Source: a virus. Taken from it: a stretch of 64,000 bases of DNA. Each line of letters starts with the position of its first letter. Position 1 is the first letter of the stretch. Of the stretch, positions 1-10,560 are shown in pieces. The notes beneath the pieces were generated by a model, which did no database searches, was not told where the DNA came from, and was given only the letters and a program-made list of their open reading frames with translations. Location of the stretch: IMG/VR virus record IMGVR_UViG_3300022934_000004, one strand, 5' to 3'. The position numbers and the translations under genes were made by a program.

Positions 1-2
1 AA

Positions 3-539
3 GCTAGATTAGTTATTTCACCTCCTCAAGGATTTGGAGCAGATGCGCCAAATGATTTAAGATCTTCTGGAATTATGATTCATACTAAAGTTTCTGGATC
101 AGAAGAAGATTTTATTGTTGTCCAAGATTTCCGTCAAGTTGGTCTAATAAGAAATCCTGTAAAAGGAGATGGAAGTGATTCAGACTTTACTGCAGACACA
201 GGTAATGCATTACAAGCTTTAAACTTATCATCTACAACAGTAGCCTTTAGTGTTGATAAAACAATTGTAGGTGGAACTTCAGGCACAAAGGCTTATATTG
301 ATGAAGTAGATTCAAATTTATTATATTATCATCAAAACTCTACAACTGGATATGGCACCTTTACATTAGGTGAAACAATAACAGAATCTGATGGTTCTGG
401 TGAAGGAGTACTAGGATCTATCATAGATAGTTCAGAAGTCGATCCATTCTCTGGAGAAGTCCTATACATTGATAATAGAACAGCAGTTGAGAGAATGTCT
501 AATCAAACAGAAGATGTTAAAATCATTCTACAATTATAA
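3..539 (+). CDS. gp8: Baseplate wedge subunit gp8-like, C-terminal part (gene starts before the window)
   Basis: Frame is open from nt 3 (ARLVISPPQGFGAD...). C-terminus DPFSGEVLYIDNR...QTEDVKIILQL is typical of gp8 in marine T4-like phages. Lies directly upstream of the VrlC-like gene. Confidence 0.8.
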   Translation, partial: ARLVISPPQGFGADAPNDLRSSGIMIHTKVSGSEEDFIVVQDFRQVGLIRNPVKGDGSDSDFTADTGNALQALNLSSTTVAFSVDKTIVGGTSGTKAYIDEVDSNLLYYHQNSTTGYGTFTLGETITESDGSGEGVLGSIIDSSEVDPFSGEVLYIDNRTAVERMSNQTEDVKIILQL

Positions 540-550
540 AGAGCTAGCAC

Positions 551-3500
551 ATGACGATAAATTACACTGAAAAATTATTTGAAACTAGATACCGAGATGA
601 CTACGCGGATAGTAACGGGTTTGTTCGTATCTTATTCAACAATGGACGTCACTTACAAGCTAGAGAGTTAACACAATCTCAAACGATTATTCAAAAGCAA
701 TTGGAAAGATTCGGCCGCAATATTTTTAAAGAGGGCGCTGATGTTCTTCCTGGAGCAGTTGCTTTAAATAATAAGTATGAATTTGTAAAATTAGATGCTG
801 GAGTTTACTCTGTTCCAGTTGATGGAAGCATTCTTGATGAAACATTTGTTGGTCAAAATTCAAATGTAAGAGTAAAAGTTTTAGAGCAAGTTGGGATTGA
901 AGGATCTGATCCTCATACACTTTATGTAGAATATACCAATACGATAGGTGGAACAGTTAGTGATACTCCAATTAGATTAACACCTGGTGAAGATATTGTA
1001 GGTGTTTCTACTGGTACTATTTTAAGAGTACAAACAACAAACACAATTTCAAATCCAGCGGTTGGACAAGGCGTCAAGTTCTCCGTAGATGAGGGTTCCT
1101 TTTTCGTCAATGGTTTCTTTGTATTTGCGCCCAAACAAGAAATAATTATTCAAAAGTATAGCCCCATTTATACTGGTACTGTTGGATTTAAAGTTGTTCA
1201 AGACATTGTTACAGAAGATGATGATGAATCTCTTTATGATAACTCACAAAAACTTCCTAATACTACAGCACCTGGTGCAGATAGATTTAGAATTACATTA
1301 ACTTTAATTGATGAAGCAAATACAAGTGCAACTGATACATTTGTTTATTTAGCTAAAGTAATAAATTCAAATGTTGTAGATGCTGTAACCGGATTTAATC
1401 AATATAATAAAATAAATGACTTAATTGCTTTAAGAACAAAGGAAGAATCTGGAAACTATTTAGTGCGTCCATTTAAAATTTTGTATGATTCAGCAGATGC
1501 AACAAATCTAAATTTAAATATTTCTGATGGCACAGCTTATGTTAATGGATATAGAGTTAATAAAGATTATCCTACAGAATTAGAAGTGCCTAGAGCTCAA
1601 GATACCGAGCAATTAGAAAATGAAGTAGTTGCAAGTAACTTTGGAAACTATGTTATTGCAAGTACTTTAATAGGTTTACCTGATATATCCACATTTTCTG
1701 AAGTTAATTTAAGAGATAATGCTACTTATGGATCTGGATCTAATATAGGTACCGCTAGAATTAGATCTATTGACCGTGTTGGTGATGGTACTTATAGAAT
1801 TTATCTATTTAATATTGCAATGTCTGGTGGTAATAATTTTAGAAACGTTAAATCTCTTGGAACTTCTTCAATTAATAATGCCACTTTATTATTAGAAAAT
1901 AATTTAGCGGTATTAAAAGAAGCAAATAATATAGATTTATTATTTCCTCTTCCACAAATTAGACCTTCTACAATTAATGACATATCATTAACAGTACAGA
2001 GAAAAATCAATGCTGTAACGGATGGTGCTGGAGCAGTTGATTTAACTTTATCAGCAGCAGGTGAAACCTGGGCAAGTACTTCTGATTGGATTACAGCAGT
2101 AGATTCTGATGGAGCTTTAGTCACTCCATCGATTTCAGGATCTGGTACTACGACAGCTTCTATTTCAGGCGCGCCATTTAATTCTAATTTAACACTTTTT
2201 GCTTATGTTAATAAAAGTGTTGGAACAGTTAAACAAAAGTTAATACAAGAAACTACTGGAAATCAAGGAAGCTTAAACACTGGTGGTAATGGAGAGCGTT
2301 ACGTAGACCTTGCTGTTCCTGATGCTTTTCAAGTGAATTATATTAGACAAGATAGTGAAAACGGCGCAGACATTTCTGACCAATTTAACTTAGATACTGG
2401 CCAAAGAGATGCATATTATGATATTTCTAGATTAGTGCTTAAAGGCGGTATTGCAGTACCAACAAATGTTTTCTGGTCAATTAAACATTTTCAGCACGCC
2501 ACTTCAGGTGATTTCTTTGGAATTAATTCATACTCTTCATTAAGCTACACTGATATTCCATCATATACTAAACAAGATGGAACCGTAGTTGATTTAAGAA
2601 ATGTTATGGATTTTCGTTCAGTTAAAAACGTTGGTGATACTTTTGTTGGCGGAACTGGACGAATTCATGAACTTCCAAAAAATACTGACGTTATTAATTC
2701 CGACATTACTTATTATCTACCAAGATATGATAAAGTTATAGTTGATGAACAAGGAGAGTTATCTGTATTACAAGGTATTTCTTCTTTAACACCAAAGTTT
2801 AAAGAAGTTTCGCCAAATGCTTTAGAATTATATAGAGTTAAAATGAATCCATTTACTCTACATGATAGTGATATGGTAACTCAATTCATAGAAGCCAAAG
2901 GCTATACTATGAAAGACATTGGTTTAATAGAAAAAAGAGTAAACACTTTAGAAAAAGCTGTTAGTCTTTCATTACTTGAATTAGATACTAATGCATTAGA
3001 ATTAATTGATTCAAATGGAACACCCAGAACTAAATCTGGATTTGCAGTAGATAACTTTACGAGTCATATTTTATCTGATACTACAAGTTCAGAATATAAA
3101 GCGTCAATTAATCCTAGTCAACAAACTTTAAATTCTGCATATGTTGAAAAAAATGTTGGATTAGTGTATGATTCTTCTTTATCGACTAATACTGTGTTAA
3201 AAGGCGATAATGTATATGTAAAATATAATGAAACAAGTTATATTTCTCAACCTCAAGTTTCTAATACTCAAAGCGCCAATCCATTTACTACTTCTTTATA
3301 TAATGGCACAGTGATTTTATCAGGTGCTTCTGATGAACATAGAGATACAAAAACTCCAGCCACTGTAGTATTACAAGGGGGTGTAAGTTTAACGCCAAAA
3401 CAAGAATTACTTTATTCATTTAATGAATGGGGATGGAATGGTATTGATAGAAATTCTACTGTAACAACTAGAGTTGTAGAAAATGAAACAATTAGAGAAG

Positions 3501-5491
3501 TGGTTAATGATAGAATAGTTGATGTAACTTTAATTCCATTTATGAGATCAAGAAAAGTTTATTTTAAAGCTGTAGGTTTAAGACCTAATACAAGAATTAT
3601 TCCTTATTTTGATGGTGTTAATGTTAGTGATTGGTGCAAATCTGAAGCCTTCCAAAGAATTAATACAAATAAAGCCGAATACGGAAACACTAAATCTAAA
3701 TTAACAAGTCATCCAGATGGAAGTTCTAATTTATTTACCGATGCTAAAGGTGAAGTTTCTGGTTCTTTCTTTATACCTAATACACCAAGTATTAGATTTA
3801 GAACTGGTGTAAAAGAATTTACTTTATTAGATATTACAACTTTTGATCCAGATACTTCAGGTTCTGTAGCTTCTGCTTCTTTTGCAGCAGAAGGTGTTAT
3901 AGAAACTAAAACAGCTAATCTTGTTAATACAAGAAGAGTTAATCCACCAAACTTAACAAGAAAGCATAATCCATTAGCTCAATCTTTTTATGTTGCTGAA
4001 ACAACTGGTGTGTTTTTAACTAAAATAAGATTATATTTTAAAAATAAATCTAGTACTCTTCCAATTTGGATTCAATTAAGACCTATGAAAAATGGGGCGC
4101 CGAGTGATGAGGTTATTATACCAGGTTCAAATAAAATCTTAGATCCTATTAATGTTCAAACTTCAACCGATGGAAGTGTAGGAACTGATTTTGAATTTGA
4201 TGAACCTATTTATTTAAACCCACAAACAGAATATGCTTTAGTAGTTCTTACAGATGCTTCTGATTATAATCTTTTCATTTCAAGAATGGGCGAGTTTGAA
4301 TTAGGATCTACTGAAAAGAGAATTACAAAACAACCTACATTAGGTTCTATGTTTAAACCTCAAAGCGTTGCAGATTGGGAGCCTTCACAATTAGAAGATT
4401 TAATGTTTATAGCTTATAGAGCTTCATTTTCTACTGGAACATCAACTGCGTATTTAGAAAATATAAGCTTACCTAATAAACTTCTCGGTGATAATCCAAT
4501 TACTACAACTTCAGGTTCAGCTGAAATCACAGTAAAACATAATGAACATGGTTTATTTGTTGGAGACACTGTTACTCTTAGTGGTATTGTTGGTAATATT
4601 GGTGGATTCTCACAAGATAGCTTAAACGCCAATCATATTATCACAGCAATTGATGGAACTGGATATACTTTTGACATGGATTCAACTGCAAGCATTACAA
4701 CTACTTCTGGTGGTGATGATGTAATTGCATCAGATCAAATGCTAATGGATAAAGTCTTCCCTTATATTGAAACGATTGCGCCAGAAGAAACTGCTTTACA
4801 GTATAAAGGTAAATTCCACACTGGTAAATCTTTTGCTGGAAATGAAACAGCTTATGCTGAGGATGTTATCTTTACAAGTCTTAATAATAAAGAATATAAT
4901 TTCTTTCCAGCTCCAAGAGTTATAGCGCAAAGTTCAAAAGAAACTTCATTAGCAACTTCTACTGCTAAAATGAATGTATTAATGACTACTGCATCTGAAT
5001 ATGTATCACCTATTGTTGATTTACAAAGAAGTTCATTAACAGGTATATCACATAAAATAGATGATCAAGCAGCAGCTCCTGCATCAGGTAAAAATGTTCC
5101 TTTAAATTATGTAGCAGAAACTGATCCAGCTGAAGGTTCTTCTTTATCAAAGCATATAACAAAGCCTGTTACTCTTATTCAAGATGCTGTTGGTTTAAAA
5201 ATTGTATTTAGTGCAAATAGACCATCAGTTTCTACTATAGAAGTTTATTATAAAGCAATTACTGAAGACGAAGATTTAAACTTAGTTGATTGGTCACTTG
5301 CTACAATAGAGACGGAAGTTCCTTCTGATGAGAATAGAGATGAATTTAGAGAATATAGATACCTAGTTGGAGGAAGTAGCGGTAGCCTATCTTCATTCTC
5401 GGTATACCAACTAAAAATTGTTATGAAATCTACAAATAGTTCTAAGGTTCCTGTAATAAAAGATTTAAGAGCAATTGCGCTAGGGACATAA
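551..5491 (+). CDS. Large baseplate/virion structural protein, VrlC/DUF4815-like
   Basis: 1646 aa. N-terminal YRDDY...RILF...LQARELTQSQTI, APGADRF and RTKEESGNY motifs, PLAQSFYV, and C-terminal VPVIKDLRAIAL. Usual position after gp8. Confidence 0.8.
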   Translation: MTINYTEKLFETRYRDDYADSNGFVRILFNNGRHLQARELTQSQTIIQKQLERFGRNIFKEGADVLPGAVALNNKYEFVKLDAGVYSVPVDGSILDETFVGQNSNVRVKVLEQVGIEGSDPHTLYVEYTNTIGGTVSDTPIRLTPGEDIVGVSTGTILRVQTTNTISNPAVGQGVKFSVDEGSFFVNGFFVFAPKQEIIIQKYSPIYTGTVGFKVVQDIVTEDDDESLYDNSQKLPNTTAPGADRFRITLTLIDEANTSATDTFVYLAKVINSNVVDAVTGFNQYNKINDLIALRTKEESGNYLVRPFKILYDSADATNLNLNISDGTAYVNGYRVNKDYPTELEVPRAQDTEQLENEVVASNFGNYVIASTLIGLPDISTFSEVNLRDNATYGSGSNIGTARIRSIDRVGDGTYRIYLFNIAMSGGNNFRNVKSLGTSSINNATLLLENNLAVLKEANNIDLLFPLPQIRPSTINDISLTVQRKINAVTDGAGAVDLTLSAAGETWASTSDWITAVDSDGALVTPSISGSGTTTASISGAPFNSNLTLFAYVNKSVGTVKQKLIQETTGNQGSLNTGGNGERYVDLAVPDAFQVNYIRQDSENGADISDQFNLDTGQRDAYYDISRLVLKGGIAVPTNVFWSIKHFQHATSGDFFGINSYSSLSYTDIPSYTKQDGTVVDLRNVMDFRSVKNVGDTFVGGTGRIHELPKNTDVINSDITYYLPRYDKVIVDEQGELSVLQGISSLTPKFKEVSPNALELYRVKMNPFTLHDSDMVTQFIEAKGYTMKDIGLIEKRVNTLEKAVSLSLLELDTNALELIDSNGTPRTKSGFAVDNFTSHILSDTTSSEYKASINPSQQTLNSAYVEKNVGLVYDSSLSTNTVLKGDNVYVKYNETSYISQPQVSNTQSANPFTTSLYNGTVILSGASDEHRDTKTPATVVLQGGVSLTPKQELLYSFNEWGWNGIDRNSTVTTRVVENETIREVVNDRIVDVTLIPFMRSRKVYFKAVGLRPNTRIIPYFDGVNVSDWCKSEAFQRINTNKAEYGNTKSKLTSHPDGSSNLFTDAKGEVSGSFFIPNTPSIRFRTGVKEFTLLDITTFDPDTSGSVASASFAAEGVIETKTANLVNTRRVNPPNLTRKHNPLAQSFYVAETTGVFLTKIRLYFKNKSSTLPIWIQLRPMKNGAPSDEVIIPGSNKILDPINVQTSTDGSVGTDFEFDEPIYLNPQTEYALVVLTDASDYNLFISRMGEFELGSTEKRITKQPTLGSMFKPQSVADWEPSQLEDLMFIAYRASFSTGTSTAYLENISLPNKLLGDNPITTTSGSAEITVKHNEHGLFVGDTVTLSGIVGNIGGFSQDSLNANHIITAIDGTGYTFDMDSTASITTTSGGDDVIASDQMLMDKVFPYIETIAPEETALQYKGKFHTGKSFAGNETAYAEDVIFTSLNNKEYNFFPAPRVIAQSSKETSLATSTAKMNVLMTTASEYVSPIVDLQRSSLTGISHKIDDQAAAPASGKNVPLNYVAETDPAEGSSLSKHITKPVTLIQDAVGLKIVFSANRPSVSTIEVYYKAITEDEDLNLVDWSLATIETEVPSDENRDEFREYRYLVGGSSGSLSSFSVYQLKIVMKSTNSSKVPVIKDLRAIALGT

Positions 5492-5492
5492 T

Positions 5493-5699
5493 ATGAAATT
5501 TTTACCGGTAGAAGGAAATAGCGATTTAGTAAAAGATCCTAATACAGGAGCTATTTTAAATACTTCTAGTAATATTGCAATTGCAAGAAGAGCTAAAGAG
5601 GCACGGAAACAAAAAGAAAAAGAATTAATTGAACTAAAAGAAGAAGTAAAAGAATTGAAAACTATGTTAAATGTACTTCTAAATAAATTGGATAATTAA
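5493..5699 (+). CDS. Small conserved hypothetical protein following VrlC, with coiled-coil C-terminus
   Basis: VEGNSDLVKDPNTGAILN followed by a heptad-like tail; this type of gene commonly follows VrlC. Confidence 0.65.
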   Translation: MKFLPVEGNSDLVKDPNTGAILNTSSNIAIARRAKEARKQKEKELIELKEEVKELKTMLNVLLNKLDN

Positions 5700-5701
5700 T
5701 T

Positions 5702-5953
5702 ATGGCACGTCAAGTAAGAGTAGATTTAAGCGATCACTTTGAAGCATGGAGAGAAAAAACAAATCTTCTTTCTCAATATATGGGTGATTTAGATAGGTTA
5801 ATTACACCAGAAGATTCTGATCTTGTTGGTGCTATTAATTCTGCTTATACGTATAGACAGGACTATTATACTGACACGACTGTAGTTTTAGTTAATTCAG
5901 CTGGCAGTATAATCAAAACAATGTATGTTTATGATAGTATTGGCGGCTTATAA
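5702..5953 (+). CDS. Small virion/fibre-associated protein (paralogue of 5979..6227)
   Basis: DLSDxxEAWREKTN and DSDLVGAIN motifs are shared with the next ORF; C-terminal NSAGSIIKTMY. Confidence 0.6.
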   Translation: MARQVRVDLSDHFEAWREKTNLLSQYMGDLDRLITPEDSDLVGAINSAYTYRQDYYTDTTVVLVNSAGSIIKTMYVYDSIGGL

Positions 5954-5956
5954 ATA
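5949..5956 (+). promoter_or_regulatory. T4-type late promoter TATAAATA
   Basis: Exact consensus 22 nt upstream of the ATG at 5979; gp55 is encoded in the window. Confidence 0.75.
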
Positions 5957-5978
5957 AAGAATAAAATGGGCGGATTAG

Positions 5979-6227
5979 ATGGCAAGAAAAATTTACGTAG
6001 ATTTAAGCGATACAATCGACGCTTGGCGGGAGAAAACAAATATTCTTGGTGCGAATAGTGGTGACTTAGATAATTTAATCACTACTGCAGATTCTGACCT
6101 CGTGGCTGCTATTAATGAAGTTTATAATTTTCAACCAATACGGGATGAGAATTTGCGCATTAGAAGGGCTGATGGAACTATTGCAAAAGATTTATATGGC
6201 TTCACAGCAGATTCATCCGGTGGTTAA
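5979..6227 (+). CDS. Small virion/fibre-associated protein (paralogue of 5702..5953)
   Basis: MARKIYVDLSDTIDAWREKTN...DSDLVAAINE closely matches the preceding ORF. Confidence 0.6.
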   Translation: MARKIYVDLSDTIDAWREKTNILGANSGDLDNLITTADSDLVAAINEVYNFQPIRDENLRIRRADGTIAKDLYGFTADSSGG

Positions 6228-6232
6228 TTATT

Positions 6233-7228
6233 ATGGCAAGAAGAAGACCGCTTAGAATAGATGATAGCGACAACCTAATAGAAATGTCTCTTGATGACAT
6301 GTTACAAGTTAGAAAACGTATAATTTCATTATACGGCGCCAATCCTTCTGTAACATTAGGTGTTGTTCCATCTGGTGGTAATTTACCAGGAGCTCCACTA
6401 TATGATAGAAGAACTGTTTCTGGTGGTGCTGTTTTAGCTGGAGATCCTCTTAAACCTTTAAGTACAATAGATGTTGCTTATAACAGAGTTGAACAATCAA
6501 TAGAAGATTCTAGTACAACTCCAACTTGTCCTGATACAAATCTTAGAGGATTTCCAGTTTATTTAAATGACAGCGATCACATCCAGGCGATGACTGATTC
6601 CGATTTTTATGATACCTTTATGGATTCAGCTATTGAGACACTTACGCTTACTGGCTGGGCAGATAGTACTCAAGCTGGAACATATGTAGTATCAACTACT
6701 CAATTTGTAGAAGATGCTGAACTTATATCAACTACTCCAATTTTTGTTAATACTATAGCAGATGTTGAAGCATTTGGAAGTGGCCCTTTGCCTGAAGATT
6801 CAGATCAGCCATTAGAATTAACTTCATACTATTTACATAGAATTAATCCAACTCGTGCAGAAAGTTTTAATTGTATTGTAATTGACGATTCAGATCATTT
6901 ACAAGAATTAACAGATTCAGATTTCGATGAATGTCTTTCTAAATCTATTCGATATTCAGCCGCAAGGCGACCTTTAAATCAAATAAGATATGCATGGGAT
7001 AGTGGTAATATTAGAACTACTGCTATTTTAGATACTGTTATCGATTCATCTGGTGGACCTGTTAGTGATTATGACGAATATGGTACATATGAAGTAGATT
7101 ATGAGTACACTCAGTACGATTCTGCGTTACCATATATAATTAGAGAAGATGGAACATATCGTCAAATTGTTCCAAGTGGAAGAGAAGCAATTTATAGAAG
7201 ATATTATTTGAAAATACAAAAGGTGTAA
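6233..7228 (+). CDS. Putative virion structural protein with three internal repeats (paralogue of 13460..14440)
   Basis: Shares NPSVxL..V.SGGNL, GTY.V.T, PI(F/Y).(N/D)T.A.V and (Y/W)YLH motifs with 13460..14440. Repeats are PLRIDDSDNL, PVYLNDSDHI and IVIDDSDHL. Confidence 0.55.
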   Translation: MARRRPLRIDDSDNLIEMSLDDMLQVRKRIISLYGANPSVTLGVVPSGGNLPGAPLYDRRTVSGGAVLAGDPLKPLSTIDVAYNRVEQSIEDSSTTPTCPDTNLRGFPVYLNDSDHIQAMTDSDFYDTFMDSAIETLTLTGWADSTQAGTYVVSTTQFVEDAELISTTPIFVNTIADVEAFGSGPLPEDSDQPLELTSYYLHRINPTRAESFNCIVIDDSDHLQELTDSDFDECLSKSIRYSAARRPLNQIRYAWDSGNIRTTAILDTVIDSSGGPVSDYDEYGTYEVDYEYTQYDSALPYIIREDGTYRQIVPSGREAIYRRYYLKIQKV

Positions 7229-7234
7229 TTTATA

Positions 7235-7702
7235 ATGGCAGTATTTAGTGGAAAGATTGTAGAAGCTAAATTCTTAGATCGTCAAAAAACAATGATAGAA
7301 ATCTTATATAAAGATGATGATAAAATTGTGGCGCATTCTATAGAAGTTGATTGGGAATTAAAAGATTTTCATGATTTATTAGAAGAAATGGATCTTGAAG
7401 ATATTGAAAGACAAACAATCATTAGAAATCAAGATTTAGCGGAACAAAAGAAAGCAGCTGTAAAAGCGGGTGTTGAAGCAAGATTATCAGATGGATTTAA
7501 AGAAAAAGCTACTGCAATTGATGTTTTAATAAAAGAAGTAATTGCTAATAGACACGATGAAAGTTTCTTATTTAAATTTAAAGCAGAAATATTTAAAATG
7601 GAAGAAGTAAGTCTTTCTTATAAATGGTTTAAAAAAAGAAAAATTCAGAAATCTAAAGATGCATTAGAAATTTTAGCTATATTATATAAAATTATAAAGT
7701 GA
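7235..7702 (+). CDS. Hypothetical protein
   Basis: 155-aa ORF tightly packed in the operon; charged and probably helical; no motif recognised. Confidence 0.55.
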   Translation: MAVFSGKIVEAKFLDRQKTMIEILYKDDDKIVAHSIEVDWELKDFHDLLEEMDLEDIERQTIIRNQDLAEQKKAAVKAGVEARLSDGFKEKATAIDVLIKEVIANRHDESFLFKFKAEIFKMEEVSLSYKWFKKRKIQKSKDALEILAILYKIIK

Positions 7703-7711
7703 TGGTTTATA

Positions 7712-8461
7712 ATGGGAAACAAAATCATTTACCTCAGGTGGGGTGAAAGATACACTGAAGAGCATGTATCACAATTATTCGATAAAGTAAATAAAAATTG
7801 TTCAGTTGATTTTGAATTTACTACAATTGAAAGTGTTCATCTTGGTGATGAATTTGATGAACTTGCAAAAGGTCAAAAAATTTGTTTTAGAGGAACGCAG
7901 GATCCAGAATCTTCAGTAACAGACAATCCTAATCAAGATTATTGTAGAGAAGACGCTGGTGGCATGGCTCATTGGCGTAAATATCTTATGTTTAACCGAG
8001 ATGTTGAGCAATTTAGTGAAGAAGATACTTTATTATATTTAGATTTAGATACACTTATAACTGGAGATTTAGCTTACTTTTTTGATTTAGATATGTCTAA
8101 GCCATATATTGCTCGAAGCTGGCAATTTGAAATAGACAATTTATGGAGAAAGCTCTATAATCTTAGAAGTTGTCCTTATTTTAATAGTTCAGTTTTAGTT
8201 TGGAAACCAGGTCAATGTTTACCTGTTTTTGATGAAATGATGAAACAATATTGGAATATGATGTTATCATATGGAAGCAATGATAATTGGCTATTCCATA
8301 GATTTGGGCCACATACTTTTTCAGATGAAAATAGAAACTTTTTTAATTGGTTTCCAAAATATACAGTAGCATCTGATTCTCGCTTTGTTAAAGAAGGCGA
8401 AACAATTATTCACACTTTAGCTGGATTAACTATGTCTGAAAAGAATAAATTATGTTTATAA
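7712..8461 (+). CDS. GT-A fold glycosyltransferase (GT8-like phage family)
   Basis: N-terminal WGERY..., DxD motif in LYLDLD, FNSSVLVW, and GSNDNWL at the equivalent of the G-D-Q motif. Confidence 0.7.
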   Translation: MGNKIIYLRWGERYTEEHVSQLFDKVNKNCSVDFEFTTIESVHLGDEFDELAKGQKICFRGTQDPESSVTDNPNQDYCREDAGGMAHWRKYLMFNRDVEQFSEEDTLLYLDLDTLITGDLAYFFDLDMSKPYIARSWQFEIDNLWRKLYNLRSCPYFNSSVLVWKPGQCLPVFDEMMKQYWNMMLSYGSNDNWLFHRFGPHTFSDENRNFFNWFPKYTVASDSRFVKEGETIIHTLAGLTMSEKNKLCL

Positions 8462-9102
8462 TAGATGATTACAATATTAATGATAGTTTAGTTGATAGTC
8501 TATTTGCATTAGATGAAAACTGTCCATGGATGAAAATTGATTTTTATAGATCATTATCTAAACGTAAATTACAAAAAAATATGTGGTTATATGATCAATT
8601 AACAAATGTTATACACGATCCAACTATAATGTCTAGAGTAAATTGGTTAGCGCCTGGTTTTTGTTATTATTCTTCTATAATTTTAGATAAATTGGGTTTC
8701 AAAGATATAAAATTTTATGATTATGATCCTTCAGTTAAATACGTTAATTATCAATCTACAAAATTAATTAAAAATGCAAATGTAGAACATATTATGTTAG
8801 ATGTAGTATTTGATAGAGAATTTATTAGAAAAGATCCAGATTTAGTAGTTTGTCTTTCTATGTCATCTCTTGGAAATGATTTTTTTATGCTTAATGAAAA
8901 TTATAAAAATAATCCTATGTTTGCTTTAATGGGTTCTAGTAAATGTAAACGAGGAAATATTCATGTTTTTGAGAGTATAGATAAATTCATAGAATCAACT
9001 GGAATTAAGAATATTTTATATTCCGGTGAAAAAAATATACATGGAGAAATTTATTATTTGGTAATAGGGCATAAGGAAGATGATGGATGCTACAAATTAT
9101 AG
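8452..9102 (+). CDS. Class I SAM methyltransferase-like protein (divergent)
   Basis: Rossmann-like order VNWLAPGFCY...IKFYDYDP...DVVFD...PDLVVC. Paralogous to 10547..11167 (shared VxFDxxxI, RGxI and C-terminal LVIG). Confidence 0.5.
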   Translation: MFIIDDYNINDSLVDSLFALDENCPWMKIDFYRSLSKRKLQKNMWLYDQLTNVIHDPTIMSRVNWLAPGFCYYSSIILDKLGFKDIKFYDYDPSVKYVNYQSTKLIKNANVEHIMLDVVFDREFIRKDPDLVVCLSMSSLGNDFFMLNENYKNNPMFALMGSSKCKRGNIHVFESIDKFIESTGIKNILYSGEKNIHGEIYYLVIGHKEDDGCYKL

Positions 9103-9782
9103 TTTCTAAGTGGGGAACATTATATGGTGAAGAATATATAGATCGCTTAAAAGAAAGAATTGAAAAAAATTGTAGTGTACCCTGGAATTTAACAGTTATA
9201 AGAGATCATGAAAATGGTTGGGGAGATTATAGTAAAAAACATTATAGAGGTGAAGGAGAACCAAAAGTAGTTCAAGGTGAAGGATTTCAAAATGGATATC
9301 ACCATTATAATTTAGGAGGAATTCCTTTATATAGAAAAATGTATCCATTTGGTATGGACGATCATTGTCATGAAGATGATACAATTATGATGATGGATAT
9401 AGATATGTTAATCACTGATGATTTAGCATATTTTACAACTTTATCTACTGATAAACCGTGGATTCAATTTGATTATGATACACCAGAATGGGAACTTATG
9501 GATGATTATAAAAATCAAAATATAACTCCGTTAAATAGTTCTGTAACAGTATGGCGAAAAGGTCAAATGAGACCAGTATACGATTTCGTTAATAAATTTA
9601 AAAATGAAGTATTTTTTACATATAGACGTGTCGATGCTTATCTTTGGTATTGTTGGGGAGTAAAAGACTTCTTTAATTATTTACCAGTTGAAGCTGTTGA
9701 TTGGTATTATAAAGGAACAAATGCAATTGTAAGAAATATGGCAGGTGAAAAGATTGAGTTGAAGAATGAAGTGGTTGTATAA
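9087..9782 (+). CDS. GT-A fold glycosyltransferase
   Basis: SKWGTLYG, MMDID (DxD) and LNSSVTVW; paralogue of 7712 and 9766. Confidence 0.7.
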   Translation: MLQIIVSKWGTLYGEEYIDRLKERIEKNCSVPWNLTVIRDHENGWGDYSKKHYRGEGEPKVVQGEGFQNGYHHYNLGGIPLYRKMYPFGMDDHCHEDDTIMMMDIDMLITDDLAYFTTLSTDKPWIQFDYDTPEWELMDDYKNQNITPLNSSVTVWRKGQMRPVYDFVNKFKNEVFFTYRRVDAYLWYCWGVKDFFNYLPVEAVDWYYKGTNAIVRNMAGEKIELKNEVVV

Positions 9783-10560
9783 TATAATGAATCCTAGACC
9801 TCCTAGAACGTCTACAAGCAAAAATAAAATAGTGTGTGCTCGATGGGGAAAACTCTATGGTGAAAAAGATATTGATGATTTATATGAAAAAGTGAAAAAG
9901 AATTGTTCAGTAGATTTTGATTTTGAAATATTTGATAACTTTAAAAAATATAAACATTGGGAAAGAGCAAAGAAAAAACATTATAGAGCTTCTTTACAAC
10001 CTGATGAAAGGTTCGATGCTGTTCAAAATGGTTATCACCGTGATGATTTTGGAGGAATTCCTCATTATCGTAAAATTACAATGTTTGACCAAGATAAAAA
10101 ATTTAATCCAGATGATACAATATTATATCTTGATCTGGATACAAATATTACTGGTGATTTAGCTTATTTTTTTGAAGAGATTAATCATGCTAGGCCATAT
10201 TTAGTTTGGAATTATTGGTGGGACAAAGATGATGGTATTGAGTGGAAAAGGCAATATCATGTTACTCGTTGTCCATTATTTAATAGCTCAGTTATGGTTT
10301 GGAAACCAGGTCAAAATGAAGCTATATATAATTTTGTAGAAAATAATTTAAATGAATGTTTTTATACTTATCCTTCTATGGATACTTTTATGTTCCATAA
10401 TTTTGGACCTTATAGTAATCCAGAAAGAAGAAATCATTTTAATTATTATGATGAAGGTATAGTCACTTCACAACGAGTATTAGGTCATGATAAGCCTGGG
10501 ATTATTAATATGCTCGAAGGGCTAAGTGCAGAAGAGAAACATAAACATGTATCACATTGA
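9766..10560 (+). CDS. GT-A fold glycosyltransferase
   Basis: CARWGKLYG, LYLDLD and FNSSVMVW; close paralogue of 7712..8461. Confidence 0.7.
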   Translation: MKWLYNIMNPRPPRTSTSKNKIVCARWGKLYGEKDIDDLYEKVKKNCSVDFDFEIFDNFKKYKHWERAKKKHYRASLQPDERFDAVQNGYHRDDFGGIPHYRKITMFDQDKKFNPDDTILYLDLDTNITGDLAYFFEEINHARPYLVWNYWWDKDDGIEWKRQYHVTRCPLFNSSVMVWKPGQNEAIYNFVENNLNECFYTYPSMDTFMFHNFGPYSNPERRNHFNYYDEGIVTSQRVLGHDKPGIINMLEGLSAEEKHKHVSH